DNA from: Rikenellaceae bacterium
Lineage (GTDB): Bacteria > Bacteroidota > Bacteroidia > Bacteroidales > Rikenellaceae
DNA: 64,000 bases
NCBI GenBank assembly: GCA_047172505.1
Contig: JBCQWE010000007.1
Span: forward strand, 5,198-69,197
Direction of reading: 5' to 3'
Shown: one piece after another, positions 20,645 through 28,983 of the stretch
Layout of the letters: each line of letters begins with the position of its first letter
How positions within the stretch are numbered: the stretch's first letter is position 1
Position numbers and translations under genes: made by a program
The notes under the pieces: generated by a model
Databases searched by the model: none
What the model saw: the letters and a program-made list of their open reading frames with translations, nothing else
What the model was told of the DNA's origin: nothing

Positions 20645-20713
20645 AGCTTGCTTACTGCACTTACGCAGACTGTGTGTGACAACCAAAGGTTGTCACACAC
20701 AGTCTGCGAGGTT
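20645..20713. repeat. Internally deleted family B copy forming a perfect 21-bp palindrome; possible terminator
   Basis: CGCAGACTGTGTGTGACAACC-AAA-GGTTGTCACACACAGTCTGCG at 20664-20708; flanks CTTACTGCACTTA and CTGCGAGGTT match the two ends of family B. Confidence 0.7.
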
Positions 20714-20802
20714 GTGCGCAACTCTTTCATGACTCCTCTGCGTGTTGTCGTGCCTTACATAACGTTATTTTTGAGCCGATTGCTAAAAAACCTTCTCCCA
20801 GG

Positions 20803-20834
20803 TTTGGATTTTTTATAAAAAAATAATATCTTTG
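20803..20834 (+). promoter_or_regulatory. Bacteroidota promoter for the amidase gene
   Basis: TTTG at 20803-20806, 20-nt spacer, TATCTTTG at 20827-20834. Confidence 0.65.
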
Positions 20835-20861
20835 GGTGTTTGTCTCCTTTAATATATCTAT

Positions 20862-21650
20862 ATGAAAATTACACTATTGCAGCATGCGACCCAGTGGATG
20901 GCGGCGGATGCAAATAGGAGGAACGCCGAGGAGTGGATCGAGCGTTGTGCCGATTCCCACCTTGTCGTCTTGCCCGAGATGTTCACCACGGGTTTTTGCA
21001 CCGAGCCGCGAACTATGCAGGTGGTTGGCGGTGGTGCTCCAGAGCGCGAAATTAGCGGCGCTACGAGCTTGGAGTGGATGCAGCGGATGGCGGCGCGCTA
21101 CTGCGTAACCTTGGCGGGAAGTGTGGCGATGTGCGAGGAGGGCGACTTCTACAACCGTCTCTTTTTTGTGCGCCCCGACGGCACCTACGCTAGCTACGAC
21201 AAGCGCCACTTATTCACCTTTGCGGGCGAAGATCACCACTATCGTGCAGGTGCAGAGCGCGTTGTGGTCGAAGTGGAGGGGGCGCGGATCTTGCTACTTA
21301 TCTGCTACGACCTCCGTTTTCCTGTCTGGAGCCGCAATAGGGGCGACTACGACGTGATACTTTGTGTTGCGGCATGGCCCTCGTCGCGGCGCGCGGTGTG
21401 GGATCTGCTACTCAGGGCGCGAGCGATCGAGAATGTGAGTTACGTGTGCGGCGTAAATATGGTGGGTAGCGACCCCGCTGCCCAGTATTCGGGAGGCACT
21501 GCGGCGATAGATTTTGCGGGTAACATTGTGGCGCAAGTGGCAGATAATGAGCAGGGTGCAGCAACATTTGAATTGGATATGGGAGCGCTCGAAGCTTTCA
21601 GATCTAAATTCCCTGCGCTTTCCGATGCCGACGATTTCGAGATAAAATAA
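20862..21650 (+). CDS. Carbon-nitrogen hydrolase / omega-amidase (YafV-like)
   Basis: LPEMFTTGF, YDKRHLF, ICYDLRFP (E-K-C triad), RARAIEN. Confidence 0.92.
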   Translation: MKITLLQHATQWMAADANRRNAEEWIERCADSHLVVLPEMFTTGFCTEPRTMQVVGGGAPEREISGATSLEWMQRMAARYCVTLAGSVAMCEEGDFYNRLFFVRPDGTYASYDKRHLFTFAGEDHHYRAGAERVVVEVEGARILLLICYDLRFPVWSRNRGDYDVILCVAAWPSSRRAVWDLLLRARAIENVSYVCGVNMVGSDPAAQYSGGTAAIDFAGNIVAQVADNEQGAATFELDMGALEAFRSKFPALSDADDFEIK

Positions 21651-21948
21651 TAGTACTAGTGCGTTAACTAATAACGTCATCCTGAACCCCAGCCGTCATC
21701 CTGAACCCCAGCCGTCATCCTGAACTTGATTCAGGATCTCGAAGAATAGAGGAAGAGATTGCGGATCGAAGTCCGCAATGACGAAAGGGAAGTCCGCAAT
21801 GACGAAAGGGAAGTCCGCAATGACGAAAAAAGAGATTGCAGATCAAGTCCGCAATGACGAATTAGTAATAATTTATTTTTAAAACAAGTATGTGTTTATA
21901 AATACTTGATTAAATGATATTTGCAACAATAATTAACGCGAAGCAGTA
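21651..21948 (+). mobile_element. MITE-like REP cassette, shell type 1, copy 3
   Basis: Ends TAGTACTAGTGCGTTAA / TTAACGCGAAGCAGTA; same internal order (CCTGAA REP, then CCGCAA REPs, then AT-rich tail) with 19-nt and 21-nt partial tandem duplications. Confidence 0.8.
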
Positions 21949-21970
21949 ATAAAATAATTAAAATATTACA

Positions 21971-23551
21971 ATGAGTTTGGATAACAAAGCCCTACTTTTG
22001 GGCGACGAAGCTATAGCCTTGGGTGCTATACACGCAGGAATTTCGGGGGTCTACGCCTACCCTGGAACTCCCTCGACCGAGATCACGGAATATATACAGA
22101 GTTCCGCCGAGGCGACAGCGGTCTACAGCGAATGGTGTGTCAACGAAAAGACCGCGATGGAGGCGGCTCTGGGAGTCTCCTACGTGGGTAAGCGGGCGTT
22201 GGTCTGCATGAAGCATGTGGGAATGAATGTCGCTGCCGATGCCTTTGTCAACTCCGCAGTGTCGGGCGTGAATGGTGGTTTGGTGGTCTTGGTAGCCGAC
22301 GATCCGTCGATGCACTCGTCGCAGAATGAGCAAGATACGCGCTTCTACGGTAAATTTGCGCTGGTCCCCACGCTCGAACCCTCGTCGCAACAAGAGGCCT
22401 ACACGATGATGAGCCACGCCTTTGCGCTCTCCGAGGAGCTTTGCGCTCCCGTATTGATGCGTATCACCACCCGCATGGCTCACAGCCGCGCGGTGGTTGA
22501 ATTGGGTGCAAAACGCGAGCAAAACACAATTCACTACTCCGAGGATCTGCGCCGCTGGATCCTTTTGCCCGCCATTGCGCGCCGCCGCTATCAAGAGGTT
22601 GTGACTCAACAAGAGGAGCTGCAAAGCTTGTCGAACGCCTCGCAATTCAACCTCTACGCCGAGGGCACCGACAAAAGTCTGGGCGTAGTGGCAGCAGGCA
22701 TCGCGTGGAACTACCTCTGCGAGAATTTCCCCGAGGGGGTGCCGTTCCCAAGTGTTAAGATCTCGCAATATCCACTCCCCAAAGCGATGATTGCCAGATT
22801 GTTCGACGAGTGCGACAGGGTGCTCGTCCTCGAAGATGGACAACCCTTCATCGAGGAGCAGCTTCGCGGTTTGCTCGACGATAAACCTATTTGCGGAAGG
22901 CTCGATGGCTCGGTTCCCCGCACAGGAGAGCTCACCCCCGACAACATCAAAGCGGCGTTGGGTATAGCTCCTGCCAAGGAGTTTGCGCCAAGCCAGAGTG
23001 TTGTTGCGCGTCCACCCGCGATGTGCAGGGGTTGTGGTCACCGCGATGTCTACGCGGCACTCAACAAGATCGTCGCAGAGTACGACTCGGCGAAGGTCTT
23101 TAGCGACATCGGCTGCTACACCTTGGGTGCGCTTCCGCCATTTTCCGCAATCGATAGCTGCATCGATATGGGCGCCTCGATCACCATGGCAAAGGGGGCG
23201 AGCGACGTGGGGCAACACCCCTCGATTGCAGTAATTGGCGATTCGACATTCACCCACTCGGGGATGACAGGTCTGCTCGATGCCATCAACGCCAATAGCC
23301 CCATGACGGTGATCATCTCGGACAACTTCACAACGGGCATGACGGGCGGTCAGAAGTCGGCAGGACTCAACAAATACGAGGCGATCTGCCTAGGTTTGGG
23401 GGTCTCTCCCGACCACCTTCGAGTTGTGGTGCCACTGCCCAAGAACATGGCGCAGATCGAACAAGTGTTGCGCGAGGAGATCGAATATAAGGGGCTTTCG
23501 GTTATTATTCCGCGGCGGGAGTGTATACAGACGATGAAAAAGAAAAAATAA
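21971..23551 (+). CDS. iorA: Indolepyruvate:ferredoxin oxidoreductase alpha subunit
   Basis: YPGTPSTE, NEKTAME, MKHVGMNVAAD, SSQNEQD, RPPAMCRGCGH, DIGCYTL, GDSTFTHSG. Confidence 0.95.
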   Translation: MSLDNKALLLGDEAIALGAIHAGISGVYAYPGTPSTEITEYIQSSAEATAVYSEWCVNEKTAMEAALGVSYVGKRALVCMKHVGMNVAADAFVNSAVSGVNGGLVVLVADDPSMHSSQNEQDTRFYGKFALVPTLEPSSQQEAYTMMSHAFALSEELCAPVLMRITTRMAHSRAVVELGAKREQNTIHYSEDLRRWILLPAIARRRYQEVVTQQEELQSLSNASQFNLYAEGTDKSLGVVAAGIAWNYLCENFPEGVPFPSVKISQYPLPKAMIARLFDECDRVLVLEDGQPFIEEQLRGLLDDKPICGRLDGSVPRTGELTPDNIKAALGIAPAKEFAPSQSVVARPPAMCRGCGHRDVYAALNKIVAEYDSAKVFSDIGCYTLGALPPFSAIDSCIDMGASITMAKGASDVGQHPSIAVIGDSTFTHSGMTGLLDAINANSPMTVIISDNFTTGMTGGQKSAGLNKYEAICLGLGVSPDHLRVVVPLPKNMAQIEQVLREEIEYKGLSVIIPRRECIQTMKKKK

Positions 23552-23552
23552 A

Positions 23553-23704
23553 TATAGTGTGACTTACAAGGCGATTTTACCTATATACGTCATTGCGGAC
23601 TTGATCCGCAATCTCATAATAGAGTTGCGTAAATAATTAGAGATTGCGGCTCGTAGGCCGCAATGACGAAAGGCATTACATTTTACTTATTAGTCTCCAC
23701 CATA
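23553..23704. mobile_element. Inverted REP doublet (23588-23668) inside a degenerate type 2 shell
   Basis: CGTCATTGCGGACTTGATCCGCAATCTC...GAGATTGCGGCTCGTAGGCCGCAATGACG; flanks GTGTGACTTACAAG / CTTATTAGTCTCCAC are imperfect inverted repeats. Confidence 0.65.
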
Positions 23705-23721
23705 TAAAAAAATAAAAAGTT

Positions 23722-24312
23722 ATGAAACGCGATATAATTCTTTCGGGCGTGGGAGGTCAAGGAATCCTCTCCATCGCAGCGGTCATCGGCGAGGCAATTC
23801 GTGCCGAGGGGCTCAACATCAAACAGGCCGAAGTGCACGGAATGAGCCAACGCGGCGGCGACGTGCAGACAAATCTGCGCATCAGCGACCAACCCATCGC
23901 TTCGGATTTGATTCCGCGAGGGGGTGCCGATGCCATCATCTCGTTGGAGCCTATGGAGGCTCTGCGCTACCTGCCCTACCTTCGTGCGGGCGGGTGGATT
24001 GTCACCTCGTCGGTGCCATTTATCAATATCCCCAACTATCCCGACCCCGAGGCTCTAATGGCTGAGTTGCAGGCGTTGCCCAACGTCTTGATGCTCGACG
24101 TGGAGCAAGCGGCCAAGGATGGAGGCGTTGCGAGAGGGGCAAATATTGTGCTTTTGGGCGTTGCTTCGCAGATCCTGGGCATCGACTCCGACGACTTGAA
24201 GGGCGGTATCCAGCGGATCTTTGCTCGCAAAGGCGAGGCGGTGGTCGAGGCAAATATCAAGGCATTTAATATAGGTGTCGCAGCGGCGCGCGAGCAATTA
24301 AAACAGAGATAA
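23722..24312 (+). CDS. iorB: Indolepyruvate oxidoreductase beta subunit
   Basis: SGVGGQG, EVHGMSQRGG, LEPMEALRY. Confidence 0.95.
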   Translation: MKRDIILSGVGGQGILSIAAVIGEAIRAEGLNIKQAEVHGMSQRGGDVQTNLRISDQPIASDLIPRGGADAIISLEPMEALRYLPYLRAGGWIVTSSVPFINIPNYPDPEALMAELQALPNVLMLDVEQAAKDGGVARGANIVLLGVASQILGIDSDDLKGGIQRIFARKGEAVVEANIKAFNIGVAAAREQLKQR

Positions 24313-24313
24313 A

Positions 24314-25624
24314 ATGGGCGAAGTATTTAGCAGAGAAGTAGTTGCCTCGACGATGCAGGAGCTCAAAATCGGCTCCCTCTCCACCGCAACCATTGGTCAG
24401 ATGTTGTCGCTGGCGGCAACTTTGGAGCAGCGCAGCGGAATTCCATTCGTGAGGATGGATCAAGGCATCCCAGGCCTGGCGCCTTGCCAAATTGGCATGG
24501 AGGCCGAAAAGGAGGCTCTCGACAGAGGTGTAGCCTCGTTATATCCTGCAGCCGAGGGCGTTGCGGAGCTCAAGGCGGAGAGTGCGCGCTTTATTAAGGC
24601 CTTTCTCAATATCGACATCGCCCCCACCTCGTGTCTACCCACTACAGGTTCGGTGGCGGGGTCGTTCGGCTCGTTTATCATCTGCAATCAGCTTCATGCA
24701 GATCGCGACACGGTGCTCTTTATCGACCCAGGATTTCCGATCCAAAAATCGCAACTCAATATATTGGGGCTCAAATACATTTCGTTCGACATATTTGAAT
24801 TCAGGGGCGAAGCTTTGCGCGACAAATTAGAGGAGCTACTCGCTGGCTCGCGCATTTCGTCGATAGTCTACTCGTCGCCCAATAACCCCACCTGGATCAC
24901 TCTCACCGAGTTGGAACTCAGGATAATAGGCGAGATGGCCAACAAGTACGACGTGGTGATTCTCGAAGATTTAGCCTACTTCGGAATGGACTCGCGCGAA
25001 GATTTCGGAGTACCATTCTCCGAGCCCTACATCCCCACCGTGGCGCGCTACACTTCGAACTACATACTCTTTATCTCGGGGTCGAAGATCTTTAGCTACG
25101 CTGGCCAACGCATTGCTGTGGCGTGTGTTAGCGATGCTCTCTACCAGAGAACTTACCCTCACCTGGCGGAGCGCTACAATGGCGCAGGTCACTTCGGCAT
25201 CACATTTACCAACGCGGTGATGTATATGATCACTTCGGGTGTCACCCACTCGGTGCAATTGGCCCTGGCGGCGATGTTCAAGGCGTCGAGCGATGGGGTA
25301 TTCAACTTTGTGGAGGCGACAAAGGAGTATGCTCGTCGCGCTCAGCGCATGAAAGAGATTCTTCTTCGTCACGGCTTTTGCGTTGTCTATGACAAGGATA
25401 TTGACCGCGAAATTGGCGATGGATTTTTCTTTACGATAGGCTACAAGGGTATGAGTTGCAGTGAATTAGTCAGTGAATTTGTCCACTACGGCATAAGCTC
25501 CATCTCGCTCTCGACAACAGGATCGCTTCGCGAGGGAGTCAGAGCCTGCACCTCGCGCATGACCGACGAGATGCTAGATATTTTCGAGGAGCGCTTAGCG
25601 CAATTCGCCGCCGACCACAAATAG
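24314..25624 (+). CDS. PLP-dependent aminotransferase class I/II
   Basis: SPNNPT, EDLAY, SGSKIFSYAGQR (PLP lysine). Confidence 0.9.
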   Translation: MGEVFSREVVASTMQELKIGSLSTATIGQMLSLAATLEQRSGIPFVRMDQGIPGLAPCQIGMEAEKEALDRGVASLYPAAEGVAELKAESARFIKAFLNIDIAPTSCLPTTGSVAGSFGSFIICNQLHADRDTVLFIDPGFPIQKSQLNILGLKYISFDIFEFRGEALRDKLEELLAGSRISSIVYSSPNNPTWITLTELELRIIGEMANKYDVVILEDLAYFGMDSREDFGVPFSEPYIPTVARYTSNYILFISGSKIFSYAGQRIAVACVSDALYQRTYPHLAERYNGAGHFGITFTNAVMYMITSGVTHSVQLALAAMFKASSDGVFNFVEATKEYARRAQRMKEILLRHGFCVVYDKDIDREIGDGFFFTIGYKGMSCSELVSEFVHYGISSISLSTTGSLREGVRACTSRMTDEMLDIFEERLAQFAADHK

Positions 25625-25667
25625 ATGACAACTAGACCACAAATAAACCCAAAAAATAGAACAGAAA

Positions 25668-26966
25668 ATGATCTGGAACAAAACTAAAGAGTGCATGTCG
25701 CGCGAGAAGATGCGCGAGTTGCAGAGCGAGCGACTTCGCAAAACGGTGCACAGAGTCTACCACAACACCCCATTCTATCGCGAGAAGATGCAGCAGATGG
25801 GTCTCACGCCTGACGATATTCAAACTATCGACGACATCGTGAAACTTCCATTCACCACCAAGCAGGATCTGCGCGATAACTACCCCTACGGCCTCTTTGC
25901 GGTGCCACTTTCGGAGATCGTGCGCATCCATGCCTCGTCGGGCACTACGGGTCAGCCAACGGTTGTGGGCTACACCCGCAAAGATATTTCGATCTGGTCG
26001 GAGATGATGTCGCGCGCCTTGACCTCTTATGGTATCAGCAACAGCGATATTGTCTCGGTGGCCTACGGCTATGGACTCTTCACAGGAGGCCTTGGAGCGC
26101 ACTATGGCGCTGAAAATCTGGGTGCTACGGTGATCCCAATGGGTACTGGCAACACGCGCAAGCAGATCCAATTGATGCGCGACTTCAAAGCTACGGCGAT
26201 CACCACAACCCCTTCGTATGGTCTCTACCTAGCCGATTCGATCGAGACCGAAGGTTTCAAAAGAGATGAATTGAGCCTGCGAGTAGGAGTCTTTGGCGCA
26301 GAGCCATGGACCGAGAATATGCGCAAGGAGATCGAGGAGCGTTTGGGTGTCGATGCCTATAATATGTATGGCCTAAGCGAGATCATGGGCCCTGCGGTAT
26401 CTTACGAATGTGAGTGCAAAAACGGCTCTCATATCGTCGAGGACCACATCTACCCCGAGATCATCTCGCCCGAGACCTTCGAGCCACTGCCCTACGGCGA
26501 GCAGGGCGAATTGGTCTTCACGACCATCACCAAGGAGGGTATTCCACTGCTTCGCTACCGCACAAAGGACCTCTGCTCGCTCATTGCCGAGCCATGCGAG
26601 TGTGGAAGAACTAATGTTAGAATGACCCGCATTGTTGGTCGTTCGGACGATATGCTTATCATCCGCGGTGTGAATGTGTTCCCATCGCAGATCGAGGAGG
26701 TTATTCTCAACATCGAAGAGCTTGAACCTCATTACCTTATCGTGGTCGACAGAGTAAACAACCAAGACACCTTCGAAGTGCAAGTCGAGGTGAAAGCGTC
26801 GTCGTTCACCGACGATATTTCGCAGATGCTTGAGATCAAGAAACGTGTTTTGGCACGTATGCACGGCATGTTGGGGCTCAACCCAGTGATCAAACTCGTA
26901 GCTCCGCGAACCATCGAACGCAGCATGGGCAAAGCGGTGAGAGTTATAGATAATCGTAAATTGTAA
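25668..26966 (+). CDS. paaK: Phenylacetate-CoA ligase family
   Basis: HASSGTTG, YGLFTGGLG, GAEPW, YGLSE, RYRTKD, GRSDDMLIIRGVNVFPSQIE. Confidence 0.93.
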   Translation: MIWNKTKECMSREKMRELQSERLRKTVHRVYHNTPFYREKMQQMGLTPDDIQTIDDIVKLPFTTKQDLRDNYPYGLFAVPLSEIVRIHASSGTTGQPTVVGYTRKDISIWSEMMSRALTSYGISNSDIVSVAYGYGLFTGGLGAHYGAENLGATVIPMGTGNTRKQIQLMRDFKATAITTTPSYGLYLADSIETEGFKRDELSLRVGVFGAEPWTENMRKEIEERLGVDAYNMYGLSEIMGPAVSYECECKNGSHIVEDHIYPEIISPETFEPLPYGEQGELVFTTITKEGIPLLRYRTKDLCSLIAEPCECGRTNVRMTRIVGRSDDMLIIRGVNVFPSQIEEVILNIEELEPHYLIVVDRVNNQDTFEVQVEVKASSFTDDISQMLEIKKRVLARMHGMLGLNPVIKLVAPRTIERSMGKAVRVIDNRKL

Positions 26967-26983
26967 ATTTGGAGGATAAGGAT

Positions 26984-27376
26984 ATGAAAATTAAGCAATT
27001 ATCAATATTCATGGAGAATAAAGTCGGAACCATCAACGAGGTTATCTCCATCATAAGCGAGGCGGGAATCAGCCTGCGTGCATTTTCTGTAGCCGATGGT
27101 ATCGAATTTGGAATCCTGCGAATCATAGTTCGCCCCGAAAATCTCCTTCGCACTCAGCAAGTGATCGAAGATGCGGGCTTCAAGGTTAATCAAACCGATG
27201 TTCTTTGTGTCGAGGTTCCCAACGTCGCAGGTGGCATCTCTACCGTTTTGAGCGACTTGGCGAAAGAGGATGTTTTTATCCAATACATGTACTCGTTCTC
27301 CGATGCTGAAACCGCGAGCGTTATAATTCGCCCCAACGACATCGATCGCTGCATCGGGGTTTTGTCTAGTAGGTAA
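26984..27376 (+). CDS. Tandem ACT-domain protein
   Basis: IKQLSIFMENKVG, FGILRIIV, IQYMYS; typical paaK neighbour. Confidence 0.88.
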   Translation: MKIKQLSIFMENKVGTINEVISIISEAGISLRAFSVADGIEFGILRIIVRPENLLRTQQVIEDAGFKVNQTDVLCVEVPNVAGGISTVLSDLAKEDVFIQYMYSFSDAETASVIIRPNDIDRCIGVLSSR

Positions 27377-27379
27377 ATC

Positions 27380-28687
27380 TTAGCGAGAGCACCCCAAGGA
27401 GTCGATTTGCGCCACTACAAAGTTACTGCCGCCAACGAAGATCATATCTTCTTTGGTGGCAAGTGCGCGCGCCCTTTGTAGAGCTTCTTCGACCTCTTCG
27501 ACCACTTCGCCCTGCAAGCCAATCGAGGTTGCGTAGTCGAAAAGTGTTGTGGTGTCGAGTGCGCGCGGGTTACTCGGGCGCGTGAAGATGTAGTATGCCT
27601 CGGAGGGGAAATAGCTGAGGATCTCGCGGAAATCTTTGTCGGCAGCAAAGCCCAACACGCAGTATAATTTGTCGTGTGGCGTAGCTTCGATTTGCTGTGC
27701 AACAACCCTTAGGCTGTGGGGGTTGTGACCCGTGTCGCACACTGTAAGTGGATTAATACCAAGCTTTTGCCAGCGACCTCGCAGGTGGGTGGTCTTGGCT
27801 GCATTTGCTACTCCCTCGGTGTAAGCCCTGCGGCTTATCGTGATCGGGGTGGAGCGCTTTAGGTGGTCGACAACTGCGGCAACGGTGATTATATTCTCGC
27901 GCTGGTAGTGCCCCTCTAAATCGAGCGCAAGTGAGAACTGGTAATCATCCGCAAGGCGCTTCAACGTGAAGCTTTGTCCTTGTTGGGTGGTTTGCTGCGC
28001 AAGGCATGCGAAGCGCTCTTGGGCGAATATTATCGGTGCCGTCAACTGCTCGGCTCGGTCGATAAATACCGCGTTATACTCCGCCGAGGACTCCCCAATC
28101 ACAACGGGGACCCCCTTTTTTATTATCCCCGCTTTCTCGGCGGCGATCTTTGTGATCGTGTCGCCCAGGTACTCTTTGTGCTCCAATGCGACGTTGGTCA
28201 CAACGCTCAAAAGAGGTGTTACAACATTTGTAGCATCGAGCCTACCCCCAAGCCCTGTCTCGATTATGGCTACCTCCACATCGCTTTGCGCGAAGTGGTC
28301 GAAGGCCATCGCGGCGGTCATCTCGAAGAACGAGAGGCGCAACTGCTCCATCGTGGGGCGGTGTTGCTCAACGAATTTCACCACACTTCGCTCGCTGATC
28401 TTCTGCCCGTCGACCCTGATGCGCTCGCGAAAATCGACCAAGTGCGGCGAGGTGAAAAGCCCAACCCTGTAGCCCGCCTGGTAGAGAATCGAGGCGAGGA
28501 TATGCGAGGTGGAACCCTTGCCGTTGGTGCCTGCGACGTGGATAACTTGAAAATTTTTCTGCGGGTTGTCGAGCGCCTTGCAAAACGAGCTAATGCGCTC
28601 TAGGCCTGGCTTATATGCCGCGCCGCCGATCTGTTGGAACGAGGGCAGCGAGTTGAAAAGATACTCTAGCGTTTGTTGATAATTCAT
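27380..28687 (-). CDS. folC: Folylpolyglutamate/dihydrofolate synthase
   Basis: HVAGTNGKGST, TSPHLVDFRER, ETGLGGRLDATN, IAAEKAGI, DTGHN. Confidence 0.95.
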   Translation of the reverse strand: MNYQQTLEYLFNSLPSFQQIGGAAYKPGLERISSFCKALDNPQKNFQVIHVAGTNGKGSTSHILASILYQAGYRVGLFTSPHLVDFRERIRVDGQKISERSVVKFVEQHRPTMEQLRLSFFEMTAAMAFDHFAQSDVEVAIIETGLGGRLDATNVVTPLLSVVTNVALEHKEYLGDTITKIAAEKAGIIKKGVPVVIGESSAEYNAVFIDRAEQLTAPIIFAQERFACLAQQTTQQGQSFTLKRLADDYQFSLALDLEGHYQRENIITVAAVVDHLKRSTPITISRRAYTEGVANAAKTTHLRGRWQKLGINPLTVCDTGHNPHSLRVVAQQIEATPHDKLYCVLGFAADKDFREILSYFPSEAYYIFTRPSNPRALDTTTLFDYATSIGLQGEVVEEVEEALQRARALATKEDMIFVGGSNFVVAQIDSLGCSR

Positions 28688-28697
28688 TGTTTCAAAT

Positions 28698-28968
28698 TAC
28701 TAGCGGTGCGTTAACTTTTTAAAATTTGCTGCAACTAGTTAATATATAGTTGTTTGCGTCTGATATTTAAATAAATGATTTGAATCTAAATTTTATCTAA
28801 CACGTCATTGCGGACTTGATCCGCAATCTCTCTTTTTTCGTCATTGCGGACTTGATCCGCAATCTTTAATACTCTGATAATTAGCGATAATTTGAGATTC
28901 TGAATCAAGTTCAGAATGACGACTTTACAAGTTCAGAATGACGACTTTAGTTTAACGCATCAGTACTG
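28698..28968 (-). mobile_element. MITE-like REP cassette, shell type 1, copy 4 (reverse orientation)
   Basis: Ends TACTAGCGGTGCGTTAA / TTAACGCATCAGTACT; reverse complement aligns with 14307-14606 at both ends, the REPs and the AT-rich tail. Confidence 0.85.
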
Positions 28969-28983
28969 GTTTCGAGTCTGCGA

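Noticed and set aside
21992-23257. Long antisense ORFs (also 3107-4030, 19624-20328, 29143-29832)
   Set aside because: Shadows of well-supported genes caused by codon bias; no recognisable motifs.
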